A stretch of 55,602 nucleotides of DNA, taken from IMG/VR virus record IMGVR_UViG_3300042288_000346, positions 1 through 55,602 of that record; one strand, given 5' to 3'. Below, in pieces: positions 34,722 through 44,431 of the stretch. The position numbers were made by a program, and so were the translations under genes. The DNA is from a virus. Lineage: Duplodnaviria > Caudoviricetes. How positions within the stretch are numbered: position 1 is the first letter of the stretch; each line of letters starts with the position of its first letter. The notes below the pieces were generated by a model. It worked only from the letters and a program-made list of their open reading frames with translations. It was not told the DNA's origin and ran no database searches.

Positions 34722-35092
34722 TGGCCTACAGCACTACTATCCCGCTGGTTGAGGGAGACACTCTCCCGATCCTGTACATGAACCTGAAGGACAGCAACGA
34801 GGCCGCCGTCGGCCAGACGCTGGACTCGACAAACCCGGCTACGTGGGCACCGATCAATCTGGCTGATGCGACTGTGCGGCTGAAGATCCGCGCTGTTGGC
34901 TCCAGCGCGATCAAGGCGACGATCACTGGGTCAGTCACTGACGCAGCCAACGGGCGTGTGGCATTTCAGTGGTCATCCGGTGCGCTCGATACCGCAGGCA
35001 CTTACGAAGCAGAGGTCGAGGTCACTTACCTCAACGGCACCATCCAGACCGTGTACGACCTTCTGAAGCTGAAGGTCAGAGCTGACTTCTAA
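34721..35092 (+). CDS. BppU-like Ig-fold structural protein
   Basis: GDTLP...DAANGRV.F.W...DTAGTYEAEVEVT pattern. Confidence 0.7.
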   Translation: MAYSTTIPLVEGDTLPILYMNLKDSNEAAVGQTLDSTNPATWAPINLADATVRLKIRAVGSSAIKATITGSVTDAANGRVAFQWSSGALDTAGTYEAEVEVTYLNGTIQTVYDLLKLKVRADF

Positions 35093-36060
35093 TGATTCGC
35101 GCAATCTTCGAGGTTGCGAGTCCAAGCCCTAGCATCCAGATAGCCGAAGCTGCGGCGGATGTTTCGTACAAGAACGTCCGCGCCCAGAGTGACTGGGTAG
35201 CACTTGGGCTAGACCCTGAATATGTAGAGCTGAAGGGACAGCTGAGCTACGTCAACCTTGTTGGCGAGCTGAGGTACATCAACCTTCAGGCCGCGAATGT
35301 CTACGCAGATCCGACCCCGCCTGACCGCTGGGTCAACGACATTCAGATCACGGTCGATAGCGTATTCATTACCTTCGAGAAGGTTCCTGCAGACATCGTA
35401 ACGACGTCTGACAGGCGGACGTTTGTCTTCTTTAAGGGCAACGCCGACAGCTTCTCGACCGTCGATTCCTCTAGGTTCAGCTTCGGCAAGAGATCGACTG
35501 ACTCTCAGGCTGTATCCGATCAGATACAGTCGAAGGACTTCGGCAAGGGGCTGTCTGATCTTCAGGCCGCAGCTGATGCGGTTCAGAAAAGCATGTCGCT
35601 TGCGAAGGCTGACTTCTTTTCGGCTAATGACACAAGTCGCTACAACCTATCGAAGCCGCTGAGCGATGACTTCTCTACGCTAGACAGCAGCGTATTCACA
35701 TTCTTTGCTGCAAAGGATGATTCTGTATCTACATCAGATACAACGTCTAGCTTCTTCAGCAAGCTGCTTGCAGATGTTGCGCTTGCAGATGACAGGTTCA
35801 GCATTGAAGACGAGCTGCAGCAGACAATCGGAAAATCTCTTTCTGATTCGTTTGATGTCTCAGACTCGCTGTCTTATGCCGTAAACTTCAACAGAAGCTT
35901 TTCGGAAACTGAGTACGCTATCGACTCCCAGAACCTATCGTTCTTTAAGGGTCTTAGCGACTCTAAATCAACATCAGACTCCGGCGCTTTGCGGATGACC
36001 GACTATGCGGACATCTCCTATTTCGCCGAAGACTATGTCGGCGTTTCACGCACTTTCTAA
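35092..36060 (+). CDS. Ser/Asp-rich repetitive tail-associated protein
   Basis: About 19-aa K.L.D...D repeats; C-terminal YADISYFAEDYVG. Confidence 0.65.
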   Translation: MIRAIFEVASPSPSIQIAEAAADVSYKNVRAQSDWVALGLDPEYVELKGQLSYVNLVGELRYINLQAANVYADPTPPDRWVNDIQITVDSVFITFEKVPADIVTTSDRRTFVFFKGNADSFSTVDSSRFSFGKRSTDSQAVSDQIQSKDFGKGLSDLQAAADAVQKSMSLAKADFFSANDTSRYNLSKPLSDDFSTLDSSVFTFFAAKDDSVSTSDTTSSFFSKLLADVALADDRFSIEDELQQTIGKSLSDSFDVSDSLSYAVNFNRSFSETEYAIDSQNLSFFKGLSDSKSTSDSGALRMTDYADISYFAEDYVGVSRTF

Positions 36061-36076
36061 AACTGAGGTTCAGTAA

Positions 36077-36520
36077 ATGAAACTTGTAGAAGACATCAAG
36101 GCCACCGGCAAGCTTCAGATCCGGCTGTTCGACGAGAACGGCGGTTTGAAGGAAGAGCTGGAGTTCAACAACCTCGTCGTCACTGTCGGCAAGGACTTCA
36201 TCGCTTCGCGCATGGTTGGAACCGCCTCTGCCGTTATGAGCCACATGGCGATCGGCGAAGGCTCAACCAGCCCTGTCGTTGGCAACACGACGCTTGGCAA
36301 CGAACTTGGCCGCGTTGCGCTTACGAGCGGCACGGCGAGCGGCTCTGTTGTGACGTACTTCGCGACCTTCGGTGCAGGCACTGGCACTGGCCCCATCACT
36401 GAGGCCGGCGTGTTCAATGCTGGCGCTGCTGGGACTATGCTTTGCCGCACTACGTTTGCGGTTGTGAACAAAGGCGCAGCCGACAGCATGGCGGTGACTT
36501 GGACTGTAACGATCTCCTAA
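36077..36520 (+). CDS. Tail fibre attachment / structural protein
   Basis: NLVVTVGK...MAIG.G...ELGR...ITEAGVFNA pattern. Confidence 0.7.
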   Translation: MKLVEDIKATGKLQIRLFDENGGLKEELEFNNLVVTVGKDFIASRMVGTASAVMSHMAIGEGSTSPVVGNTTLGNELGRVALTSGTASGSVVTYFATFGAGTGTGPITEAGVFNAGAAGTMLCRTTFAVVNKGAADSMAVTWTVTIS

Positions 36521-36532
36521 TAGGGGCAAGGC

Positions 36533-39500
36533 ATGTCGAATCTTACGACTCGCGCAGGAAAGGGAAGTCCACTCACCAACAATGAGCTGGACGCCAACTT
36601 CACTAACCTCAATGCAGACAAGGTTGAGGTTGGCGGAGACCTTTCCGGAACTTCGTCTGCTCCCAACGTAGCTAAGATCCAAGGCCGTGCCGTCTCGACT
36701 GACGCCCCGGCTGCAGGGGAGAAGCTCGTCTGGAGCGGTACGGCGTGGGAACCGTCAGTAGATCCTACCGGCGAGCCTATTGGCCATGCCGATAAGACGC
36801 AGTCCGCGATTTCATTCAATAGCGGCACTCGTACATTTACGATTGCTCCTGTTGCGTCTGAATTCGTAGTCTGGTGCAAGGGCGTAAAGTACACCTATAC
36901 GTCCGCCCAGACTGTCGTTATTCCAAACACGACTGGACTGCACTACATCTACTTCAGCTCATCTGGCGTCCTCTCGACCCAGATGTCGTTTTTCTCTTGG
37001 GCAGAACATGCTCCTACGGCATACATCTATTGGAACGCGACTACGTCGACGGCTGTCTACTTTGGCGACGAACGCCATGGTGTTGTCCTCGACTGGCAGA
37101 CTCACGAGTATTTGCACCGCACACGCGGCGCTGCTATCGCGAATGGTTTCTTGGCTAGTGGCTATACGCTGAACAACTCAGCTACCAACGCGGCTACGCA
37201 GATTGCAATTGAGTCTGGTACGTTCTTTGACGAGGACATGAAGATCGACATCGTGTCGACTGCTACGCCTACCGCTGGTACATACCAACAGAACTTGTTG
37301 TTCCCCGCAAAGATTCCAGTCTTGCACCTGCAAGGCACTTCGTGGGTTATGGACGCCCCCACAGATTTCCCATTTAAGCAGGGCACATCCAGACCACAGT
37401 ACAACTCAGTCTCAGGTGGTGTTTGGAGTACGGCGGACGTTGGCAACAACCAACACGCTACGACATGGATTCTGGCCACAAACAATTTAACGTACCCCGT
37501 TATTGCAATCATCGGTCAATCTGCTACCGATAATTTGGGCGAGGCTGAAGCGTTTTCCTTTGCTGATTTAACGCTCACAGGGTTCCCATCAGTTGAGTTT
37601 AGGCCGCTGTACAAACTGATTTATAAAGCTTCAGACGGCTACGCAAATAGCGTGAACGCCCAACTCGTCAGTATTGTCGATTTGCGTTCGATCTCCGCAG
37701 TTGGCTCCGTCGCAAACCCTGCTACTGACCACGGTAACTTGTCTGGTTTGTCTGACGACGATCACGCCCAGTACCTGCATGTCTCTGAAGTCCGCAGCCC
37801 GACTCAGGCTGTTAAGAACAGCTTTCTGCCTTCGCAGACCAGCAACACTGGAAAGTATCTCAGCACTGATGGCACTAATCCGTCTTGGGTCGCCATTCCG
37901 TCTGGCTCTCTGGACTTCACAGGCGATGTCACGGGAACTGGCACGACTGGCTCGCCTGTCGCCCTGACGCTCGCCAACAGCGGCGTTACGACCGGTACGT
38001 ACTCTAAGGTCACCGTTGACGCCAAGGGTCGCGTCACAAGCGGTGCGAACATTGCCTCTAGCGATGTTACGACTGCTCTTGGCTTCACCCCTGAGAATGT
38101 TGCCAACAAGGCTGTTGCGAATGGCTATGCGTCACTCGACAGCTCTGGCAAGGTTCCATCAAACCAGCTTCCGTCTTACGTGGACGACGTTATCGAAGTT
38201 GCGAACTATGCAGCGCTTCCCGGTACTGGCGAAACTGGCAAGATCTATATCACGATATCTGACTCAAAGACCTACCGCTGGTCTGGGTCTGCGTATGTAG
38301 AGATTACAGCGTCACCCGGAAGCACTGACGCCGTTCCTGAAGGCAGCACTAACCTGTACTTCACGAATGCTCGTGCTAGAGCGGCTGTTAGTGCGTCAGG
38401 ATCTTTGAGCTACAGCACACTGACTGGCGTGTTTTCATATACGCAGCCGACAAATGTCAGTACGTTTACGAACGACAGCGGATACCTGACTGGCATCACT
38501 GGCGCACAGGTAACGACCGCTCTCGGGTATACGCCTCCGCAACCTAACGGAACTGGGGCGAGCGGCACATGGAACATTTCCATCAGTGGTAATGCCGCAA
38601 CCGTCAGCAGCATTACTAGCGGTCAGGTAACTACGGCGCTTGGCTATACGCCGTACAACGCGACTAACCCTGCTGGTTACACGACCAATGTTGGAACGGT
38701 CACCTCTGTAAGCGGAACTGGAACTGTTTCTGGGCTGACTCTTACTGGGTCTGTCACAAGCAGCGGCAGTCTGACCCTTGGCGGAACGCTGACGCTGACT
38801 TCTGGTCAGGTGACTACAGCTCTTGGTTATACGCCGTACAACAGCACGAACCCTAGCGGGTACATCACAAGCTCATCGCTGTCGAGCTATCTGCCGTTAA
38901 GCGGCGGGACTCTGACCGGAGACCTCCGCATAGATTCGAATTGGGGGTCTGGCACGTTTAACGAGCAGTTAATCATCTACGGGACTTATCCGTCGATGAC
39001 GTTCCGCAGCACGACGAGCGATACAGGCTGGCTTGTTCACACGCAGAGCGACGGTGGGCTTACGTACTACAGCATCGCCGGAGCATCAACCAACAACTGG
39101 ACGCAGCAAATGACGCTGCTGACAAATGGTGAGCTTCGCAAAGGCGGCGCTTCCGGTAATCTGTACATTCACACCGGAAACGTCGGCACCTACGCTCTGC
39201 CGTTGAGCGGCGGCACAATCTCCGGAACACTGTCCGTCTCCTCTGCGTACGGCACAATGGCTGCAGTCAAGGGCAGCTATTTCGGATACTCAGCAAGTTA
39301 CGGCGCAATTATTCTTGGTTCGACCGCATCGAATCAGACGACTTGCATCGGCGTTGATCCGATCGGAAATGCCAGCGGATCGTTTAGCGGGGTCGGTGGC
39401 GAGGTGATGTTCCGAAATGACGTGCGATTCATCACGCCGAACAGCTCAAACAACGGGTATCACTTAAACGTCATAGCCATGTCCGGCGGTAACGTCGGTA

Positions 39501-42157
39501 TTGGTCAAGCGGCGGATGCCGGTCACCGGCTTATTGTAAGCGGAAACATCTACGCAAACTCTGGAAATATCTACGCAGAGAATCGAGTTTACTCACGTCA
39601 CGGCACAGGAACTTTCTACGAATCCCTGACAGCCGGAAACTACACTGATTACGCCCCGACAAAGACGGGTGGCTACGCCAGCGGTACGTGGTCAATCAAC
39701 GTCACCGGCAATGCGGCGACGGTAGCAAACCTCGCCCCGGCGCAGTTCTTCAATAACATGGGGAACAACCACAGCACGTACACAGACTTTAACAACGTGC
39801 CGGGATTCGGCGCGTACTACGTACAGCAAGGCGGCAACAGCCCAACCGGAACGGCAAGTCACCAGTGGTATGGCTTCACGCTTGGTCTCGGTAACGACTA
39901 CGCGCTTTCGTCGTACGGCTCGCAGATGTACTACCCGCGACGCGCACAGAACAGCGACACGTACATCTATGTGCGAGACAGGGAGGGGGGTAGCTGGACT
40001 TCGTGGACGAAGATTAAAGCTGGATACGCAGACTCCGCTGGCACGGCAGATCAGATCGACGGCTGGGGTTTTGTAAACACCGGATCGAACGCTAGCGTAA
40101 ATGCAGACAATATCGATAGTAACGGCATCTCCTACTACACCGCTGGTGTTCCGAATTTCTCTGGCAACGCTTCAGACGGTGCTTTGTACTCTCAAGCGTA
40201 TAGCGGCTCATGGCAGCACCAGATAGCAGGTGATTACCGCTCAGGGCAGATCGCGATTCGCGGAAAGAACGCCGGCAACTGGCAGGCGTGGCGTACTGTT
40301 CTCGATAGCTCGAACGTCGGCTCGTACGCCCTCGCGAACGGCGCTGGCGGCGTTACGATCGGAAATGGCAGCGCCAGTGAAGTAGATGTTGCCTACAATT
40401 CTGCCAACGGAAATTGGCAGGTAGGCGTTAATAACTACTACGGCACTAACGCATTTTTCTGGTATAGGGACGGCACAAGCTACCGTGCGGCGCTAACACA
40501 AGAAGCTCACATGTTGATCGAGGGATCGTCCCGTGCGCCTATCTTCTACGACTATAACAACACTGGCTATTACACAGACCCGGCAAGCACAAGTCGCCTT
40601 AACGATCTCCGTCCGATAAAAATAACCCGCGCTGCTCACGCAGAGGGATTCCTTGAAGGCTCCTACAACAATGTCGGCGGCAATTCCGCATACACGAACC
40701 CAATCTACACAATCGGCTCTTCGTATAACCCGACGGATAGCTCGCTTTCAAACATGTACGGAATCGGCTACGCGCACCCAAATCTTTGGGGTGGCGGGAA
40801 CAGAACGTCAGACTGGGGGCTTTATGTAGCGGCAGCCGGTTCAATTAAGGCAACGCTCGGTGCAGGATCGATTACTGCGTGGTTTGAGAACATAGCATTC
40901 GCCGACGGAAGCTTCAGATCGCCGATTTTCTATGACAGCAACAATACGGCGTACTACACAGACCCGACAAGCGTATCCCGCTTAAATGAAGTTCAGTCGG
41001 ATCGCACGTACGGCTTTACCGACATTCGATCGCCGATTTATTACGACTACAACAACACCGGGTACTACATCGACGCGGCTAGTACATCAGTTCTGAACCG
41101 TATTAGCACGGTCAGGGCTGATAACTGGCTATATCTCGACAACAACTACGGTCACAGCGTCGTCGGCGTTTACGCGTCTACTCGCCTGCAAGGCGTGTGG
41201 GCAATGGGCGACTCTTACAAGCTTGCGGCAGACGGCACAAGCGGCGGGTCGCTTTATGGCATTGCGTGGTCGCACCCGAACGCTGGCGGTGTCGCGGCAA
41301 ACCTCGCTTCGCACGGAATGCTCATACTTGAAAACGGATCGTTCAAGGGAGCTTGGGGTGGCGGAAGTCTTAGGACTCCGGGCGATGTTCGCGGAACAAT
41401 CTTTTACGACTGGGATAACACTGGTTACTACTGCAATCCAGATGGAAATAGCTACTTATACAGCCTGACCTTGGCTGGCGGGGCGTACTTCCGACCTTCG
41501 ACTTGGATTCAGATGGACGGGTCATACGGAATTTATTGGCCCAATCACTATGGTGTGCATTTTTATCCGAATGCTAGCTCCACTTACACTCAGCTACAGA
41601 TAGACGGTAGCAAAAACTCGTATAGCGGCATGTACATTTCCCATAGCGCCGTCAACGGGATGATGTACGACAGCGGTGGTAACGGCGGCGTTTACCGCGA
41701 AGCTAATGGGCGTTGGTATTTCTACTACCTCGTCGGCAATACTTGCATGGGTATCAACACGTCAACAACGTCGTCCTCTTATGGGCTGTACGTTTCTGGC
41801 GGTATCTACTCGACAGGCAACGTGGTCGCGTACTCGGACGCTCGACGCAAGGCGAATGTTGTCACCGTTGGTGGCGCACTCGATAAGGTGGCGCAACTGC
41901 GCGGCGTGTACTACACCCGCATCCCCGGTGAAGACGACGAAAAGACCGACCCGAATCGCCGCGAGATCGGCGTGATCGCTCAGGAGGTCAATGAGATACT
42001 GCCTGAAGTTGTCACCTACGCGGCGGACATCGATGAGTACGGTGTACAGTACGGCAACTTCGCTGGTCTGTTCATCGAGGCAATAAAGGAACTGAAGTCA
42101 CAGGTGGCTACGCTGAACGCGGAAGTCGCCGAGCTTCGCGGGAGGACTTTACAGTGA
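36533..42157 (+). CDS. Long tail fibre with C-terminal intramolecular chaperone (peptidase S74)
   Basis: G/S/T-rich repeats (VTTALGYTP; PIFYD.NNTGYY.D); C-terminal YSDARRK...GVIAQEV..ILPEVV. Confidence 0.88.
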   Translation: MSNLTTRAGKGSPLTNNELDANFTNLNADKVEVGGDLSGTSSAPNVAKIQGRAVSTDAPAAGEKLVWSGTAWEPSVDPTGEPIGHADKTQSAISFNSGTRTFTIAPVASEFVVWCKGVKYTYTSAQTVVIPNTTGLHYIYFSSSGVLSTQMSFFSWAEHAPTAYIYWNATTSTAVYFGDERHGVVLDWQTHEYLHRTRGAAIANGFLASGYTLNNSATNAATQIAIESGTFFDEDMKIDIVSTATPTAGTYQQNLLFPAKIPVLHLQGTSWVMDAPTDFPFKQGTSRPQYNSVSGGVWSTADVGNNQHATTWILATNNLTYPVIAIIGQSATDNLGEAEAFSFADLTLTGFPSVEFRPLYKLIYKASDGYANSVNAQLVSIVDLRSISAVGSVANPATDHGNLSGLSDDDHAQYLHVSEVRSPTQAVKNSFLPSQTSNTGKYLSTDGTNPSWVAIPSGSLDFTGDVTGTGTTGSPVALTLANSGVTTGTYSKVTVDAKGRVTSGANIASSDVTTALGFTPENVANKAVANGYASLDSSGKVPSNQLPSYVDDVIEVANYAALPGTGETGKIYITISDSKTYRWSGSAYVEITASPGSTDAVPEGSTNLYFTNARARAAVSASGSLSYSTLTGVFSYTQPTNVSTFTNDSGYLTGITGAQVTTALGYTPPQPNGTGASGTWNISISGNAATVSSITSGQVTTALGYTPYNATNPAGYTTNVGTVTSVSGTGTVSGLTLTGSVTSSGSLTLGGTLTLTSGQVTTALGYTPYNSTNPSGYITSSSLSSYLPLSGGTLTGDLRIDSNWGSGTFNEQLIIYGTYPSMTFRSTTSDTGWLVHTQSDGGLTYYSIAGASTNNWTQQMTLLTNGELRKGGASGNLYIHTGNVGTYALPLSGGTISGTLSVSSAYGTMAAVKGSYFGYSASYGAIILGSTASNQTTCIGVDPIGNASGSFSGVGGEVMFRNDVRFITPNSSNNGYHLNVIAMSGGNVGIGQAADAGHRLIVSGNIYANSGNIYAENRVYSRHGTGTFYESLTAGNYTDYAPTKTGGYASGTWSINVTGNAATVANLAPAQFFNNMGNNHSTYTDFNNVPGFGAYYVQQGGNSPTGTASHQWYGFTLGLGNDYALSSYGSQMYYPRRAQNSDTYIYVRDREGGSWTSWTKIKAGYADSAGTADQIDGWGFVNTGSNASVNADNIDSNGISYYTAGVPNFSGNASDGALYSQAYSGSWQHQIAGDYRSGQIAIRGKNAGNWQAWRTVLDSSNVGSYALANGAGGVTIGNGSASEVDVAYNSANGNWQVGVNNYYGTNAFFWYRDGTSYRAALTQEAHMLIEGSSRAPIFYDYNNTGYYTDPASTSRLNDLRPIKITRAAHAEGFLEGSYNNVGGNSAYTNPIYTIGSSYNPTDSSLSNMYGIGYAHPNLWGGGNRTSDWGLYVAAAGSIKATLGAGSITAWFENIAFADGSFRSPIFYDSNNTAYYTDPTSVSRLNEVQSDRTYGFTDIRSPIYYDYNNTGYYIDAASTSVLNRISTVRADNWLYLDNNYGHSVVGVYASTRLQGVWAMGDSYKLAADGTSGGSLYGIAWSHPNAGGVAANLASHGMLILENGSFKGAWGGGSLRTPGDVRGTIFYDWDNTGYYCNPDGNSYLYSLTLAGGAYFRPSTWIQMDGSYGIYWPNHYGVHFYPNASSTYTQLQIDGSKNSYSGMYISHSAVNGMMYDSGGNGGVYREANGRWYFYYLVGNTCMGINTSTTSSSYGLYVSGGIYSTGNVVAYSDARRKANVVTVGGALDKVAQLRGVYYTRIPGEDDEKTDPNRREIGVIAQEVNEILPEVVTYAADIDEYGVQYGNFAGLFIEAIKELKSQVATLNAEVAELRGRTLQ

Positions 42158-42495
42158 GCATCGCTTACCACTTTGCTATTCGACAGACGAACAAGACGAA
42201 TGTCGGGTCATTGTCTGGCGTGGTGACGCACATCCACTTTGACTACGTTGGCACAAGTCAAAGTGGACGCACTGTGATTTGTCAGGGCGTTGTGCCGTTC
42301 ACGGTCGCAGACAGGACAATCGACACGGCTGATGGAGAGAAGGTCATTAAGGGCGATCTAAATCCGAATAGTTTTATACCAGCGCCTGAAGTTACCGAGT
42401 CCGTCCTGCTTTCGTGGATCGAAGAACGAGTCCCTGCTGCAACGATTCAACTTTTTCAGAAACACATATCTGAGCGACTTGCTGACGAGGAGTAA
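42154..42495 (+). CDS. Tail-fibre-associated small protein, paralog 1
   Basis: L..VV...F.P...TE...L.WI pattern shared with the next two genes. Confidence 0.65.
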   Translation: MSIAYHFAIRQTNKTNVGSLSGVVTHIHFDYVGTSQSGRTVICQGVVPFTVADRTIDTADGEKVIKGDLNPNSFIPAPEVTESVLLSWIEERVPAATIQLFQKHISERLADEE

Positions 42496-42498
42496 AAA

Positions 42499-42873
42499 AT
42501 GTCTATGACTTATACGTGGAAAGTGACCGGCATCAAGGTCAAGGACGAGGTTAACGCTCAGGGCGTAACTCTTCCGCAGGCCGTATGCCAGACATACTGG
42601 GTGAAGACCGGCGTGGATGCGAACGGGAACGAAGGCTCCTTCGCCGGGGCGACCCCGTTTACCGCGCAGACCGTGCCGTCTGACCAGTTTGTCCCGTTTA
42701 ACCAGCTTACCGAAGAGGTTGTCCTCGGCTGGATCAAGGCTGTTGTGGTCGGTCATTACGAGCAACATGTCAATGATGCTATCGCCGAAAGCATCCGAAT
42801 CAAATCTGTTACGGAACCCGCTATGCCGTGGGCGGCTCCGCAGTCCGAGCCAAACACGCCGCCTGCTGAGTAA
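42499..42873 (+). CDS. Tail-fibre-associated small protein, paralog 2
   Basis: TYTWKVTG...FVPFNQLTEEVVLGWIK...PW. Confidence 0.7.
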   Translation: MSMTYTWKVTGIKVKDEVNAQGVTLPQAVCQTYWVKTGVDANGNEGSFAGATPFTAQTVPSDQFVPFNQLTEEVVLGWIKAVVVGHYEQHVNDAIAESIRIKSVTEPAMPWAAPQSEPNTPPAE

Positions 42874-42885
42874 TCGGAGCAGGGA

Positions 42886-43206
42886 ATGGCTGTCACATAT
42901 ACCTACGCTATCAACGGGCTTCGCGTCTCTACTCAGGGCGGACTCTCCGATGTGGTACGTGAGATCGATGTGAACGTATGGGGCTATGACGGAGACTTCG
43001 CGTTTCACATGCCGGTTACTGTCCGGCTGCCTGCGGCTAATCCGGATAGCTTCACGGCATTCGATTCGCTTTCTGAGGCACAAGCAGTCGCGTGGATTGA
43101 CGCGAGTACTTCGACAGCTCACGCAAAGAACCACATTGCAAATGTTCTTTCTCGCATGATTGAGGATGCGGCAATGCAGGCCAAGCCGCTTCCGTGGGGG
43201 CGGTAA
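42886..43206 (+). CDS. Tail-fibre-associated small protein, paralog 3
   Basis: TYTYAI..LSDVV...FTAFDSLSEAQAVAWI...LPW. Confidence 0.7.
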   Translation: MAVTYTYAINGLRVSTQGGLSDVVREIDVNVWGYDGDFAFHMPVTVRLPAANPDSFTAFDSLSEAQAVAWIDASTSTAHAKNHIANVLSRMIEDAAMQAKPLPWGR

Positions 43207-43209
43207 GGC

Positions 43210-44145
43210 ATGCCATTACAGTCGTCTGGCGAGATCAGCATGTCGCAGATCAACGCGGAGTTTGGTCGCGGCAATGACTTGAACTCGTATCGCGGGACAT
43301 CGCACGCCAGCGGTACATTCCCAAGTGGGACGATTGCGTTCAGTGATTTCTATGGCAAAAGCGTCCCGCCGTCAGGCGGTACGTTTAGCCCTGACGGCAG
43401 CACGTCATCCAGCAGCCGTGTTTTGGTTCAGGATTATTTCTATGGAGAAGCAGGCGGCACAGCGCAAGCCTCCATTTCATGCACCCAGTCCGCTTCATGG
43501 ACATGGACCAGAGTCGCTGGCTCATTTGGAGCCGGTCAGGTTGACGGAAGCACTCTAGTTGCATCCGGCAGCGGGACAGGCAATACGGCGAACTTCGTCC
43601 TAGGCACTGGGTTTAATGCATATCGAATAGCCGAGTTCGAGGTCAACGCGACGTCGGGTAGTAACACCCGGTATTGGCGCGTTTACCTTGAGACCGAGTA
43701 CACGGGATGCCCGTTCTGCTGTTTCACGCCTGACACCCTCATCCTGATGGGCGATGGGTCACTCAAGGCGATCGGCGAGGTGCGGGTCGGCGACTTCATC
43801 CTCACGTACAGCGAGGAGCTGAAGATCAATGTCGCCGTGCCGGTAACTGAGGTCATCGTTCGCGCCGACCGCCCGATGTACCAGTACACCTTTGAGGACG
43901 GCTCTACGCTCAAGGCGTCCGAGGAACACCCGCTGTATATCCTCGGCAAGGGGTATGCGTCCCTCGTCCCGGTCCCTGAGTACAAGGACATGGGTCTCGC
44001 GAAGGTCGTCGAGCTTGGGGACAGCGTTGTGAACGAGCTTGGCAGCCCTAAAAAGATCGAGAAGATCGAACGCATCTCATACGCCGGGGCTGTTTACACG
44101 TTCGGCAACACGCGGTTCTACGCCAACGGCATTTTGGTGTACTAA
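43210..44145 (+). CDS. Fibre-tip/adhesin-like protein with C-terminal Hint domain
   Basis: N-terminal MPLQSSG.IS.SQIN.EFG...FSDFYGK (gp38-like N-terminus); Hint CFTPDTLILMGDG...SEEHP...FYANGILVY. Confidence 0.8.
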   Translation: MPLQSSGEISMSQINAEFGRGNDLNSYRGTSHASGTFPSGTIAFSDFYGKSVPPSGGTFSPDGSTSSSSRVLVQDYFYGEAGGTAQASISCTQSASWTWTRVAGSFGAGQVDGSTLVASGSGTGNTANFVLGTGFNAYRIAEFEVNATSGSNTRYWRVYLETEYTGCPFCCFTPDTLILMGDGSLKAIGEVRVGDFILTYSEELKINVAVPVTEVIVRADRPMYQYTFEDGSTLKASEEHPLYILGKGYASLVPVPEYKDMGLAKVVELGDSVVNELGSPKKIEKIERISYAGAVYTFGNTRFYANGILVY

Positions 44146-44196
44146 GTCTTATAATGTTAACTGTTTGTATTTGCTTGGATTAAACAGGAGATGACG

Positions 44197-44364
44197 ATGA
44201 ATAGCTTGAAGTTTGAAGTGTCGATGGAGGAAGCGAACCTGTTGATCGCGGCCCTTGCCAAGCAGCCTTTCGAGGCGGTGGCTGGCCTGATCCAGAAGCT
44301 GCAGGGGCAGGCCCAGTCGCAGATGTCGCAGGCTCCTTCCGTCGAAGAGGCTCCCAAGGCCTAA
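44197..44364 (+). CDS. Small helical protein (55 aa)
   Basis: Manually translated as MNSLKFEVSMEEANLLIAALAKQPFEAVAGLIQKLQGQA...; AGGAG RBS. Confidence 0.7.
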   Translation: MNSLKFEVSMEEANLLIAALAKQPFEAVAGLIQKLQGQAQSQMSQAPSVEEAPKA

Positions 44365-44371
44365 AATGTAT

Positions 44372-44397
44372 GGGGGCAGAAATGCCCCCGTCTTTTT
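44372..44397 (+). terminator. Intrinsic terminator-like hairpin
   Basis: GGGGGCA-GAAA-UGCCCCC followed by GUCUUUUU. Confidence 0.7.
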
Positions 44398-44431
44398 AGG
44401 AGGCCCACCTATTCTCATCTAGGAAGAAAAC

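Noticed and set aside
36533-42157. Diversity-generating retroelement or shufflon in the tail fibre
   Set aside because: No reverse transcriptase or invertase is present. The repeats are diverged protein-level repeats, not an adenine-specific TR/VR pair.
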